DNA from: Podarcis muralis
Lineage: Eukaryota
Length of the DNA stretch: 64,000 bases
Direction: 5' to 3'
Assembly (NCBI RefSeq): GCF_964188315.1
Contig: NC_135664.1
Coordinates: 20,398,001-20,462,000 of the forward strand
Both the position numbers and the translations under genes were made by a program. Every line of letters begins with the position of its first letter. Positions within the stretch are counted from its first letter, which is position 1. Shown here piece by piece: positions 1 through 12,712 of the stretch. Below the pieces are notes generated by a model. The model saw nothing but the letters and a program-made list of their open reading frames with translations, ran no database searches and was not told where the DNA came from.

Positions 1-713
1 TCCCTCGCGCACTCAGCTGCTCATCCTGCTTTCCTCCACCTGCAGTCTGATCTGAAGTGCGCAAGTCGGTTCCACCACTTCATTCTGCTGCATGAATAGG
101 GCAGATGCAGAAGGACTCCAGGAAACAATACAAAGTGATGGGCATTTTGTTTCTGCTTTCATATCTTTTGCACTGTTGACACTTCAGGAGTTGTACAAAA
201 TCGGAACATTTTTTTATTTCACCTCCGTGCAGCAGCATTTATCAAGAGGTTGATGAACTGTTGGGCTGCATAGTGAATAACACCATTAAGGGAACTAAGA
301 AAAGCGACGTGCATCAGGTAGCACCAGACTGTTGAATTAGCTCAGCAACCTCTTGCCTGATAGTGACAATCACTTTCCATTTTACGTCTTCTACCCGGCA
401 GATGATGCAACTGCTGGTTTTCTCAGCAAACACACAAGACTGGAGGCCCCATAATTTCCTAGTTGCATTTCCTGACTGCTGGGAAAATGCACGAAGTCAA
501 CCTGTATGTTCAGGAGGCATGTTTTGCCCTGGCATATCTGTAATGGAGCACATGCTTTGTAATGATAAGATTCCAGGTTCAACTCCTGGCATGCCCACCT
601 AAAGGACTTCTCTCCTGCTTGGCAGCTTCATATGTAGTGGTAAGCAGCACAATCTAGAAAGGGTTTATGGGTGGGGGTACATGGAATGGTGATCTCAGCT
701 GCAACTCAACATT

Positions 714-1284
714 TGTCATGGACTGGTTGGACACAGAGGAGTGGTGGGAGGAACCAGCTGAGGAACCACGCAGGGAAGGCGTTTCAGAGCCCAGGAACTG
801 GTGGTGGGACAACAATGAGTGGTCAGAGGGAGAAGACCAGGAAGAGGAGGTGCTGGAAGCTGAAGAGCTATCAGGGCTTAGTGAGCTGGGAGAGTCTGAG
901 AGAAGTCAAGAATCAGAGGGAGAAGCTGAATCAAGTGAGTGAGGTCAAGAGATAAGTCAGGCTAGTGAAGAGTCATAGGTGTTTTCCCCTCTTGCTGAGA
1001 TAAGCTCTCCTCTCCCAGAACCAGAAGAGGGGTGAAAAGGGCAAAGGAGAGGTTGGATGCATGAAGGCACTGTCTCCAGGAAAGGAGAGGACTTAGACTG
1101 CTGTGAGGAGGTGGGGACTTTCAATCTTGGCAACTGATTTTCACAAAGTAATACCACCAGGAATGAGTTGCTGTGTTCATGAGGCCTGACATTCAGCCAA
1201 GTCTGTGGAGATCGCATTTTTGCTAATGAAAAGTTAACTCCAACTTTGAGCTGTATGATTACTGACCAGCACGCTCCTGTGACA
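714..1284. mobile_element. Probable solo LTR (Gypsy-like)
   Basis: TGTCA...TGACA termini, purine-rich interior; no matching TSD found. Confidence 0.45.
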
Positions 1285-1861
1285 AGAGGAGTTGTTGCTG
1301 TTCTGTAGGTGGTGGTAGTTGTAGTTCTTTCCACACTTATTTTTCTCAGCTTTTCACAGAGGAACACCCTTTTTCTCTCAGCCTCAGCCCACGCCCTCCC
1401 ATTTATAGCTAATGGTGATAAGTCACTTCCTTGCCATACCTGTCAAATAAATATCCTCTCTCAGTTCACCCCCACCCCACCAGATAAAATGAGAAGCCCA
1501 TCTCCCCAAAGACAAGAAACAGTTATACGGTACATGTTAGCAGAAAGAGAAGGACAACATGGGTGACCATCTCACAGATCAGAGTGGCCCAATTTTTGTC
1601 ATTTAAAAAAATGGGTATTTCTTTAAATATTACTTCGGCTCATTCAAAATTCATCCTTTTTATTTATAAAATTAAATCCATTTGATATCACTACAGTCTT
1701 AATGTTGCAAAGAGATCGGTAGCATTATCTATTATCCCCAGTGCCAAAATGCATTTGTCATTGAAAGACTAAACCGTAGCTTTGCTCTGATGCGTTGAGT
1801 CCATTTCAGGCTGTCCGTGTGAAAGTAATAGGACATCTTCATGATAGCCATCTTCAAATAT

Positions 1862-2165
1862 TTCAAGGGCTATCACATGGAGGATGGAGAAAGCTTGTTT
1901 TCTTCTGCTCCGGGGGCTAGGACCCAAGCCAATGGATTCAAGTTGCAAGAAAGGAGATTCCAACTAAACGTCGGGGGGGCGGAGCCTTTCTGACACTAAG
2001 ATCTGTTTGACAGTGGAACAGACTCCCACGAGAGTTGTGGACTCTCCTTCCTTGGAGGTTTTTAAGCAGAGGTTGGATGGCCATCTGTCATGGAGGCTTT
2101 GGTTGAGATGCCTGCATTGCAGAGGGTTGGACTGAAAGACTCGGGGTCCCTTCCAACTCTACAGT
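1862..2165 (+). mobile_element. CR1 LINE 3' fragment
   Basis: aatggattcaagttgcaagaaaggagattc...ggggtcccttccaactctacag typical CR1 3' end. Confidence 0.8.
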
Positions 2166-2342
2166 TGGAAGAGTCTATTCCTTCTCATCTATGTGAAAAG
2201 TGATTTGTAACTAGATAAGCTTTGGGTAGCTTATCTGCAACACACCAAGGAGTTGGGGTGCTGTATCTTACCAGTCTTCTGCACGTTGCAGTACAATACG
2301 ACGTCATGAACTGTATCCAATCCAACTTCTTTTTAAACTCAG

Positions 2343-2451
2343 GTTAGCCAGTACACATTTGCAATGTGCAGCTACAGAGAGAAGAAATCTGAGCCCCAGG
2401 AGTTAATGCAGCTCGAAGGATACACTGTGGACTATACAGCGCCTCATGCAG
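2343..2451 (+). CDS. CADPS2: CADPS2 exon, PH domain ([36 protein letters not shown])
   Basis: Acceptor aactcag|GTT, donor G|gtattt; 109 nt, phase 0 to 1. Confidence 0.95.
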
Positions 2452-2724
2452 GTATTTTGCTGTGTGATGCTTATTCGTTATTTATTCAACTGTTCTTGCA
2501 AATGATCTCATGTAGCTAAACAAAAACAAAAATTCTTCAATTGCAAAGTAAAACTAGCTAAGGGTCACAGAAAGAGGGGCAGGCAGGAGAAGCTTTCTGT
2601 AAAGCCCCTAAGTAGCAAATATTTGTGGCATTCTGTGGCCTGGTTCCTTTTTATGTTCCAACCTTGATCATATTGGAATGAAAGTCATATTGGAATCGGA
2701 GACTATAACTGATTGATTTTGCAG

Positions 2725-2925
2725 GTCTCCAGGGTGGTCAGATGTTCTTTAATGCAGTCAAAGAAGGCGACACGGTGATATTTGCCAGTGACGACGAGCA
2801 AGATAGAATCCTCTGGGTTCAGGCAATGTATAGAGCAACAGGTCAGTCCTATAAGCCCATTCCTGCAAGCCAAGCCCAGAAGATGAACCCAAAAGGAAGC
2901 AACATGCAGGCAGATGTGTTGCAGA
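2725..2925 (+). CDS. CADPS2: CADPS2 exon, PH domain end ([45 protein letters not shown]...ADVLQ)
   Basis: Acceptor ttttgcag|GT, donor A|gtaagt; 201 nt; overlaps ORF 2742..2996. Confidence 0.96.
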
Positions 2926-3284
2926 GTAAGTTTGTTTTGTTTTTGTTTTTTACTTTTAGGACTTCATTACTGTCATTAATCAGTATTGGAACTTGATCTT
3001 TCCCGACAGCTTGTGTCATGAAATGCCTGATTGCTGCTCATTACCACGCTTGCGCTACCTTTGAAAATGTACAGCTGATACTTTTAGAGCTCAAATGCAG
3101 ATTTCCATGGAAACAGTATTTCCTTAAATAAATAAAAAAAAGTGTTGTGGTGAGGGTTGTGGTTGGTTTTTTTCTCCAGTGGTTCTATATTGTAATGCAT
3201 ATTTTTGATCTGGGACTTTGCATTGCTCAGCAGCTGTGCAACATCTGCACAAAGGCAGTGGCTGAAGCGATGGCAAAAAGCTCC

Positions 3285-3683
3285 CAGCCAGAACTGCATC
3301 TGAGGATGATTGAGGGTCTGGAAACTAAGCCTTATGAGGAGTGGTTGAGGGAATGGAGTATGTTTAGCCTGGTAAAGAGGCGACTTAGAGGAGATAATGA
3401 CATCTAAAGGGCTGTCATGTGGAGCTTGTTTTCTCCTGCTCTGGAGGCTAGGACCCGAACCAATGGATTCAAGTTGCAAGGAAGGAAATTCTGATTCAAC
3501 TTTCTGATAGTAAGAGCTGTTCAACAGGGGAACCAGGCTCCCTCTGAGGTTGATGGACTGTCCTTCCTTGGAGGTTTTTAAGCAGAAGTTGGATGGCCAC
3601 CTGTCATGGATGCTTTAGTTGAGATTGCAGAGGGTTGGACTAGATGATCCTTGGCTCCCCTTCCAACTCTACAGTTCTATGAT
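3285..3683 (+). mobile_element. CR1 LINE 3' fragment
   Basis: ORF2 C-terminal remnant MIEGLETKPYEEWLREWSMFSLVKRRLRGD; ends ccttccaactctacagttctatgatt. Confidence 0.85.
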
Positions 3684-3861
3684 TGCAAATAACCCTTTTG
3701 CCAGGGAGAGAACCAGAGAGGAAAGCAAGAGCTGCTATTCCATCCAAAACAGCACCCTTGTCCTAGTGTCCGCTTGAGATGACCTCCTTTCTTTTGGGGA
3801 TTGTAATGGTGTCAATAAATTTGAAATGGAAAAGCAATGCTCCTTGGGATTGGATGATAGG

Positions 3862-4293
3862 TGTCAGGAGTGCGTGCAGGAGCCAGGCCCTGTGACTAGT
3901 AAGTCTTTGCAGAACTGGGGCTTTCCTAAGTTTGTTCTGAAGAGGCAAGGCGTGGCCACACAGGTGAGGCCGATTGGTAACTCCCAGCACCTGGTGGCAA
4001 GAGCCAGGAAGAGATATAAGGTCAGCATTTCCCTTTGGCTCTTTGCCACAGCAACACATTTCCTGCCTTGCTGCGTTTGGCTCCTTTGCTCCTTGGACTC
4101 TTGACTTCGTGACTCCTTCCTTCTTGATCCTCAGACCCTTGGCTTTGTGACTCCCGGCTCTCTGACCCTCGGACTCTTGGCTTCCTGACTCCTGGCTTCT
4201 GGACTCCCGTTCCTGCTCCCACCCCACTATCTTGCCCCCAGTCCTGACATCCCCAGCCAGGACTTTGACCGCCCGTGAACCAGAACCATGACA
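3862..4293 (+). mobile_element. Solo LTR, 432 bp, 5-bp TSD ATAGG
   Basis: TGTCA...TGACA; atagg at 3857-3861 and 4294-4298; homologous to 44893-45301. Confidence 0.85.
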
Positions 4294-4386
4294 ATAGGCC
4301 TCTTTCTCCATTAACCCACATCCTTAATGATACAGCCAGTGGAAAAGACAGGAGATATGTTTGTGATGGGACCCTTGTCGTGTCCG

Positions 4387-4840
4387 TGTCAGGGACTGGG
4401 CAGAGGATGAATAGTGGAGACCGTCTCCCCCTCCTAAACTTTCCAGAGAAGAGGAAGACAGTATAGATTTACAACAGTGGCTTGAGGAGGTCACGGCTCA
4501 GAGGTAGATGAAGAGCAACGTTGGGAAATAATGGGAGAGAAGGAAGAGGAGGAGGCAGAGCCAGATCCAGAGCAGCTGGCTGACAGACCCTTTTCTCCCA
4601 GAACCCGGCAAGCATTGAAAGTAAGGGCTCGTAGGCAAATGGCCCTCAGCAGCCACCGTAAGGTGGGTGGTGCTGTTGAGGAGAGAATGGGGTGGCAATG
4701 CCATTACTCCAAGTGGCTGCTTTTCTAAGCCTCTATGTGTGAATATTGAATGAAAGACATTGGTAAGAGCTTCCTTGTCTGTATTCCTGGCAGCCTACCG
4801 TGGAGGGATCAGATTCCCTGATGCCTGGCAGTCCTTGACA
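4387..4840. mobile_element. Probable solo LTR related to 714-1284
   Basis: tgtcagggactgg...ccttgaca; shares start motif and tctcccagaacc with 714-1284; no TSD match. Confidence 0.4.
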
Positions 4841-5177
4841 AATCTCCCCTTCTGCTTCCATTCCCTTATGTAGCGAGCCATAGAGATCAGGACCAAAGGG
4901 GCTCTGTAGTGACATTGTTAAGATTCTGCAGGTTTAGCATAAAAGGGTTTTGATCCTGGCTGTGGTCTGGGAGAAAATTATGGGAAGAGTCATTCATACC
5001 CAGGAGTGCAGTACAGTAGCCAAACGCCTGGTATTGCAAGAACCAAAGGTATCACTTAGCAGTTATTGACCTCCAGGATCCCTGTCAGTGGTTGATATCT
5101 CATAAAGTTACCTCCTACACTTACTCATCTTTCGGTCCAAGCTGCTGCTTCATGGTTTATCACAAGGGATGGTAGAG

Positions 5178-5307
5178 CAGGCATAGGCAAACTTGGCCCT
5201 CCAGATGTTTTGGGACTACAACTCCCACCATCCCTAGCTAACAGGACCAGTGGCCAGGGGTGATAGGAATTGTAGTCTCAAAACATCTGGAGGGCCAAGT
5301 TTGCCTG
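5178..5307. mobile_element. Palindromic hAT-type MITE, 8-bp TSD TGGTAGAG
   Basis: caggcataggcaaac...gtttgcctg; TSD 5170-5177 and 5308-5315; same family at 55837 and 57015. Confidence 0.8.
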
Positions 5308-7817
5308 TGGTAGAGTCAAGCAGACAGCCCCTCTCACTCTTGCTGGTTTTCCATTGTTAAGAGTGTCAGCAGCTGATGGGATTGTTTTGGTGGGTGATCC
5401 TCTGCTCCATTTCCATCACCAAGACCACTAAGAGAAATAAAAAGTGGGTTATTAAAAAAATAGTCTGTAAAAACATACAGACACCATGCAAGTTATGGCT
5501 TTTGTTGAACAATGCCCATTGCGACCCCTGACTGTGGATTGGGTGCTTTTTCTTCTCCTTAGGAAATGATTCCTATTATATTTATTCTTGCTATATTTAT
5601 TCAGCTTAACCTCATTTTATCGTATTAGTCATAGGCTGCCACAACAACGTGGAATCAATTTAGGTTGATGTAACTGCATTACATATGCAGGGGACCATAT
5701 TAACAAGGAGTTGATGCCTTCATTGTGCTGCATCAATACATTTCCAAAAAGATACATAAACTAATTTTCATTTTTCTGTTTTTGAAAGACTGTATAATGA
5801 AAAGAATGGTACTGAAAGACCAAGGCTACGAATGCTTTGGAAATTTCTGTCTTGAGCTCTTATGCATGAGAAACAAAAGACAAAACCATGCTTTTCTGAG
5901 CCATCGGATAATAGTTGCTTAATTTTATGCAATGAACAATACTAAGAATTGTAAAAAAAAAATCCTTCTTAGTATTGTTTGAAAATGAGGAGAGTTTTAG
6001 TAATGAGCTGTTCAAAATGTTTCATTAGTGCCATATGATTTCAGGAAATAAAACGCCATGCAATTTAAGACCAATTCCCATTTTGTTTTTGTGTTTTTTA
6101 TTATCTATTGTTGGTTAAGACATGTAAATTTATATACAAAGTGAACTCTGTTTGCCCTTGAACTAGTGGTGATCCCTTTGGGATGTAATCTACCTTTCAC
6201 TTATCTGTACGTTCATGTTATGACTTCAATGGGATTTAACTGTGCACAGGATTGCAGCTTAAAGGGTGTTTAATCATTCATGGTGTTGCTTCGTAAACGC
6301 TGGAAAAATATACTACTGTTTCTGCAGATGATCATCTCGTACCTTAAATCATCAATGTACTGTCACACTGTTTATTTGCTATATCCACCTTGGTGAAATC
6401 TGTCACATGGATGTGACTCTTGCTTTGACAATGCGGAGCCAAGTGATATGAATTAGTTTGTGCATCTTTTCAGGACGTGATACTGCAGATCCTTCAGCTT
6501 GAATTAAATAATTCTTCCATCTACAAATACAGCTGAAAGTTGGACTTGACATGGATCAATATGATCTGGGGCTAAATTTCTAAATGTGACTGATTATGTT
6601 AGCATCATGCCCACAGATCAATATGGAGTTTTATTATGAACCCAACTCTATAATTGGGTTTAATCAATAAACTTTTGTCTCCTTTTCTATAGAAATTTTA
6701 GGTTTCTACTATGCAGTTTTGTCAAAAGTACATTTAGGATGCATCTTTTCCAGTAACGAACATAAAAAGACCCATATTTGAAATTAAACGAACAAAGAGG
6801 GAGAGCGGAGACCTTATTGTAAGGGTTAAGTCAATTTTTGAGTTGATAGCAAACTATTCACCCCCAATGTTGTCTATGGAATCCAAGTGAGCTAATGTGC
6901 TAATGCATAACTAGTCCTTTTGGTCACTGTAAGGCTTTTTCCGTCCATACTTGGTGGACAACTCGCATTCAGGATTTTGACAAAACATACCATTAATGAA
7001 TGCAATCACCAGAGCTTGTCTTTTGACAAACCCGCGGGGTTCAAAGGCGTTGAAAGACGCAATCTGTGAGCAACAATAAGTCCGGATCTCTGGCTGAAAT
7101 GCCATTTAAGATGGTACGTTGTCTATAATTTACACACACAAAAATTGCTCCCTGTTTTGTTACTCAATCCTGGAAGGTTGAAGGCACTCTTTCCCATTAC
7201 TGCATTATATTTGTTTCATTAAAAGCCGCATGTAAAGAGGAAAAGGCTGGAAATGACCTCGTTCAAGCCTGTGTGTTCATTTCTGCTCCAGTTTGCCATT
7301 TGAGAAATGGCCTTGAAGCCATGTTTGCTTGCTACTTTGGTCTTTGATGAGCATCTTTGTAATGCCCATAAGCTGAGGCCTCCTCAAAACTTTATAGAGT
7401 GAGGGGTTTTTTAATGTACAAGATCTCTGTTGCACTTACTACCTTGTGAAAACAGGCACTCCAGAAAGAAAGTCTGTTGTTCCAATATTTTACAAGCTTT
7501 CTAGAAGCAGTTAGAGTAGACATCCTTTCTGAAAAATATCAGAATGGATTGTTAAGTCTGTCTCAAGTCTATGTAGGGGTAATGTTCATACTATATGAAA
7601 AGGGGGCTGTCTGCTGCCTGTTTATCCATTGCTATGTTTAAACCACTGCCGTTTGCTTAGATTTTATTGTGATAGGTATTTATCCAGGAGGGGTTTGGCG
7701 AGGCATGAAAGAGCAGATGAAACTTGAATGAGGCTGTTATTGAATTAAATTTAAAGCCTGTCTTAAAGCGGAATAATCTACATCCATACATTCATTCATT
7801 CTCCTCCCTATGATCAG

Positions 7818-7954
7818 ATGCAGATCGCGCTCAGAAACATGGCATGGATGAGTTTATTTCTGCTAATCCTTGCAAGTTTGACCATGCTGCACTCTTTAGA
7901 GTACTTCAGAGTAAGACCTTGGATCACCGATTGAATGATTCCTATTCTTGTTTG
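7818..7954 (+). CDS. CADPS2: CADPS2 exon ([46 protein letters not shown])
   Basis: Acceptor gatcag|AT, donor TTG|gtgagt; 137 nt, phase 1 to 0. Confidence 0.95.
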
Positions 7955-8933
7955 GTGAGTAAAAAGGCTGGAATAAAAGAAGTGGGGAGAGAGAGAAAAA
8001 GTGAGAAATAGTTGTTGCAAAGTGGTCTTTTCTTCCAGACTCATTTAATAACTGTGCGTGAGGTTGGGATAAAGGATTTCAATCGATTGGCTTCAAATTT
8101 GAAAATTATACACTTGAAGACTACTGCTGTGCCACTCAATAGAGAAGAGAATAGACTCAAACTGACTCTGAACCGTGGTTTATCAGCTCCTCTAGGGAGG
8201 GCTGAATAAAAACAGAAGGCTTTAATAAATATGGAACCCTCTGTGGTAGGATTTGCTAACACCTGTACAGGCATTTTAAGGTACAAATCTAGCTCGCCAG
8301 ATGTCAAGCATTATGTCATCTATCTTGTAATTCTCTCCTCTTTCATGGACTGGGAAGGAAAAAGAAATCCAAAGAATAGAATCAAAACCACAGGGGAAGA
8401 AAGGCAAATAGATTTATTGTGCTTGCATTCAGCTGAGTCAAGGTTAGCTTTGTAGGCTTAAATCCTGGATAAATTACTTACCGCTCTAGGGGTATTCTGT
8501 AATTTCACTTTTTTTCCACTTTCAAAAGAAAGCATAGAGCATTTGAGGAGTGGAGGCTGCAATCTCAAGGATGCATAATCACGAAAAATTAAACAACATT
8601 CATGTTCTATCCTTCCTTATCTACTGATCAATCTTTGCCTTGGCTGACTGGCTTGCTTTGCTTACACAACAAGAATGATCCCACTTATGGGGAAAGTGGA
8701 GGTTAGGAGTAACTTGAAAAATGCCTTCTCAGTTGCACATAAATTAATGCGATATGAGGTCTAGTTCATTAACTGAAGTGTAAACTCTGCTGTGGGGATT
8801 TTTTATTCTGATTATCTATGGTAGTTCTTGATTCCAAGATGTAATTTTTCACCAAAGAACCCAAGCTCATGCTGATCATCGCCTATCCTGGCTCCCTGGC
8901 AAACATGCCACTATTATGTACATGTTTTCTGAT

Positions 8934-9287
8934 GACGCCGTGGGTTAAACCACAGAGCATAGGACTTGCCGATCAGAAGGTTGGCGGTTCGAATCCCCGC
9001 GACGTGGTGAGCTCCAGTTGCGCGGTCCCTGCTCCTGCCAACCTAGCAGTTTGAAAGCATGTCAAAGTGCAAGTAGATAAATAGGTACCACTCCAGTGGG
9101 AAGGTAAACAGCGTTTCTGTGCACTGCTCTGGTTCGCCAGAAGCGGCTTACTCCTGCTGGCCACATGAGTGATATGAGAAGATATATGCCAGCTCCCTCG
9201 GCCAATAAAGCGAGATGAGCGCCGCAACCCCAGAGTCGGTCACGACTGGACTTAATGGTCAGGGGTTCCTTTACATTTACCTTTACT
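8934..9287 (+). mobile_element. Sauria SINE (Squam1)
   Basis: tRNA-like head ggttcgaatccc, core gcaagtagataaatagg, (accttt)n tail. Confidence 0.85.
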
Positions 9288-9373
9288 TTCTGATACAAAC
9301 ACCATGTTTGGAGAGTTTATGTTCAACATTTTTAGATATCCCTTAAATTAAAACATATTAGGTGTGAGAATGT

Positions 9374-9770
9374 TACTTGCCCCAAAATGGAAAGAAGCAG
9401 CAGTCCCAGCAAAGGAAGAATGGATACAATAACTTACGGAATATGCCGAAATGGCGAAACTTGCAGGAAGAATGAGAAATCAAGATTAATTTTTTTAATA
9501 AAAGAATGGAAATGGTTTATTGAATATTTACAGATAAATTATAAACAGATAAAAACATTGTCAGGATTATTGCAGTTTTGTAAGAGTATATATTTAAAGA
9601 AGATGAATAAATGAGCAAATTGCTTTGGATATGCAGAAGATATTAAAAGCCAATTTAAGGAACCACAGAAAGAGGGGGAAAGAAAGTCAAGTTTTGAAAT
9701 GTCAGAATGATTGTAAAATTAGTGAAATGTGTAAACTTGAAAAGTATAAATAAATAAATTAAATATAAAA
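9374..9770 (+). mobile_element. L1-clade LINE 3' fragment
   Basis: ORF2 C-terminal-like remnant (cttgcccaaaatggaaag...EWKWFIEYLQ) followed by A-rich tail. Confidence 0.65.
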
Positions 9771-10303
9771 AATAATAAAAATAAATAAAAATAAAACATA
9801 TTAGATGTGAACCTGCAAACTATTCCCTGAATGAGCAAAGTCATGGAAGTGTGCAGACATGGAGTTTATGGGCTGTTCTGGGGAATGTGAAGTCTCTAGA
9901 TGCCTCTCATATCTGCAGCTAGTCTTCTCACTCCCTGCTCTGTCAAATTAGTAAGTTCCTCACTGGTTACTATTTTTATTAATATTTTATTAAGAGAATT
10001 TTATTTATTAAAAGACAGAGTGAGGGGGAGGGAGGAAAGAAAAAGTGAGTGAGAATGAAAAAGAAAAGAACCCCATACTGTTACATTACCATACATTAAT
10101 ATATAGATGTGCAGATTCTTATTATCCTAATAGGCATGCAGTTGTCAGTAACCTAATATGTTCTGTGTAAAGTCATTCCAAGTATCATTGCATTTATCCA
10201 AAGAAAAGCTGTGGGTGGTAATTCCTCGCCTCTGAAAATGAGGTTCTTAAGTTGTGGTGACCCAATAGGGCTTGAGAGGCTAAAATTATCTACAACTAAA
10301 CTA

Positions 10304-10815
10304 CAGTGGTACCTCAGGTTAAGTACTTAATTCGTTCCGGAGGTCCATTCTTAACCTGAAACTGTTCTTAACCTGAAGCACCACTTTAGCTAATGGGGCC
10401 TCCTGCTGCTGCCACGCCGCCGCCACGCTATTTCTGTTCTCATCCTGAAGCAAAGTTCTTAACCTGAAGCACTATTTCTGGGTTAGCAGAGTCTGTAACC
10501 TGAAGCGTATGTAGCCTGAAACGTATGTAACCCGAGGTACTTGTTAAGTTGTGGGTGAACGTATCAGACGACACAGCGATTCTTCAAAAAGCTCTTGTTT
10601 ATTCACAGGCCAGAACAGAACTGAACTGAAGGGTTCAGCCAGCCTGCTTATATAGAGCTCCACTAGAATGTAACAGTAACCATTTTCTGTAACTATCCAA
10701 TCACTGAACGTCACTTTCAATCCCTTATTTGCATATGTGGACCTGAGTGAAAACTATCTACAGTAACCCCCCTGCTGGCCCAGGGTGAGAACTTCAGTAC
10801 ATAACAGTACCACTG
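10304..10815. mobile_element. Tc1/mariner (pogo-like) MITE with a solo LTR inserted in its right TIR
   Basis: TA|CAGTGGTACCTC ... GAGGTAC[LTR]CACTG|TA. Confidence 0.85.
10542..10806 (-). mobile_element. Short solo LTR, 265 bp
   Basis: TGTTA...TAACA termini; near-TSD gtact/gtacc; AATAAA and TATA-like on minus strand. Confidence 0.7.
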
Positions 10816-10988
10816 TACTGCTGAATATGCATTGGCCCACCTATATGCTGTCAGCCCTCAAGTTAAAGTTGCTACGTGATTGCAGCTGGCCTTAAGAGAA
10901 GAACATAGCTAGCAATTCTGAATGAAATTCAATGGAACAGGCTCCTGTGATCTTTGATCTCTAATAACATACTTCTATCAAGTGTGTA

Positions 10989-11347
10989 GGGACGCGGGTG
11001 GCACTGTGGGTAAAAGCCTCAGCGCCTAGGGCTTGCCGATCGAAAGGTCGGCGGTTCGAATCCCCGCAGCGGGGTGCGCTCCTGTTGCTCGGTCCCAGCG
11101 CCTGCCAACCTAGCAGTTCGAAAGCACCTCTGGGTGCAAGTAGATAAATAGGGACCGCTTACTGGCGGGAAGGTAAACGGCGTTTCCGTGTGCTGCGCTG
11201 GCTCGCCAGATGCGGCTTTGTCACGCTGGCCACGTGACCCGGAAGTGTCTCCAGACAGCGCTGGCCCCCGGCCTATAGAGTGAGATGGGCGCACAACCCT
11301 AGAGTCTGTCAAGACTGGCCCGTACGGGCAGGGGTACCTTTACCTTT
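10989..11347 (+). mobile_element. Sauria SINE, full length, 13-bp TSD
   Basis: gggacgcgggtggc...ggggtacctttacctt; TSD tatcaagtgtgta at 10976-10988 and 11350-11362. Confidence 0.92.
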
Positions 11348-12543
11348 TTTATCAAGTGTGTAGCATATGGAATCCTCAGAACAAACATTTAGACCTATTT
11401 CAGTCATAGGCCAGAGCTTTCTTGACAAACATTTTCTTACATTCCGTTCCACAGCTTCTGGGTTGTTCGCCTTTCCCATGTGCACAGCTCCCCCCCCCCA
11501 AAAAAAAACCTGAACTCAGTCACAACCCCACACTTTTTCCCTTCTTCTGTGAGAATAGTGAGTTCTATTATTAAAGGCTCCCTTTGAATCTTTACACATA
11601 CATCAACTTTAGAAAAAGATAAATAAATTAGCCATACCGTTGCTTCTGTCAGTCTGCAGATGCTGAAAATTTACTTTTAATCGTCCAACTTTTGCATTTC
11701 ATCAAATTAAATGAAAGTAGCGACATTCGCCTCAAAACAAAACCAAGCTAATATGAAACAATTAGATTTAAACATAACCTATGATTTAAACTATTAGCAA
11801 TACTGAAATTCCTTTATTGCACTCTCCAGTAAACAGTAGGGAGCTTCTAAGCAATTATAAAACAAAAGTGATTATCACAATATTAACTTGATAACTTTAA
11901 AAACTCCTACCGTTCTGTTGTGCAGGTAGAGCTTGAGTGTGAGAAAAAGCTCCTGGGGAATTTTGTGAAGAAATGAGTAACCACTCCTTAGTTGTTTCTG
12001 CTTATAACGCCATTTCTGTTCCTCAGAATAAGTAAATTTTTAGTATTATCTATTCACTGTCGACAGCCAAGCTTTGCGTATATTATTTCTATGGTGAGCA
12101 TGTCCAAGTGCATCCAGCTTTCAAAATGTTTAGGCAGAAAAGTGTCACCTAGCCAAGGAGGAACTAACTTTCAACTCTCTCAAATTGAACATATTCACTC
12201 TGAAAACTGCCCGCCAAAATTAGGGTGGCACTGTCTGCAATGATCCAGCAGTCTCTTACTATGGGATGTTTCCACCCACAGTTGAAAACATATTTAACCC
12301 CAGCATTTCCCTGACCATTAATACCAGTTACTGGTTAACATGATTGATATTTTATTTTGATATTGTTATTTTATTTGAACCACATTGGTCTTTCTTTTCA
12401 AAGTGAAAGGTAGTATGTAGGTTCTTTTTTTAAAGACGTACTCATTATTTTTCACACTTTGGTTTGGAAATCAGAGAACACCCTACATTGCCAAAGTTCC
12501 CTTTACTGGAAAAAAAGTTTGTGTACCATAATAACTTTAAGAG

Positions 12544-12712
12544 GGGTATCAATGTTAGTTGCAGTAAAAACAGCCGAGACTCTTGACACCTTTAATGATT
12601 AACACGTTTATTATGGCATCAAGTCTTTCATAGACATCTGATGCTCTGGTCCATGAAAGCTTATGTTGTAATAATTGTATAAGGTGCTACAAGATAATCT
12701 GATGTTTTTACT
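12544..12712. mobile_element. Penelope-like pseudo-LTR remnants, head-to-head, with decayed hammerhead motif
   Basis: The two halves are mutually inverted; right half ctgatg...ccatgaaagcttatg...aataa...taaggtgctacaaga matches the recalled reptile PLE terminal repeat. Confidence 0.55.

Noticed and set aside
667-942. Acidic 91-aa ORF
   Set aside because: Low-complexity purine-rich sequence inside an LTR-like repeat.
4339-4347. GTGGAAAAG (SGKD reading) as the missing microexon
   Set aside because: Not preceded by AG and not followed by GT; lies between two LTR-like elements.
10989-11070. tRNA genes from A/B-box-like heads
   Set aside because: They are SINE heads continuing into SINE body and tail.
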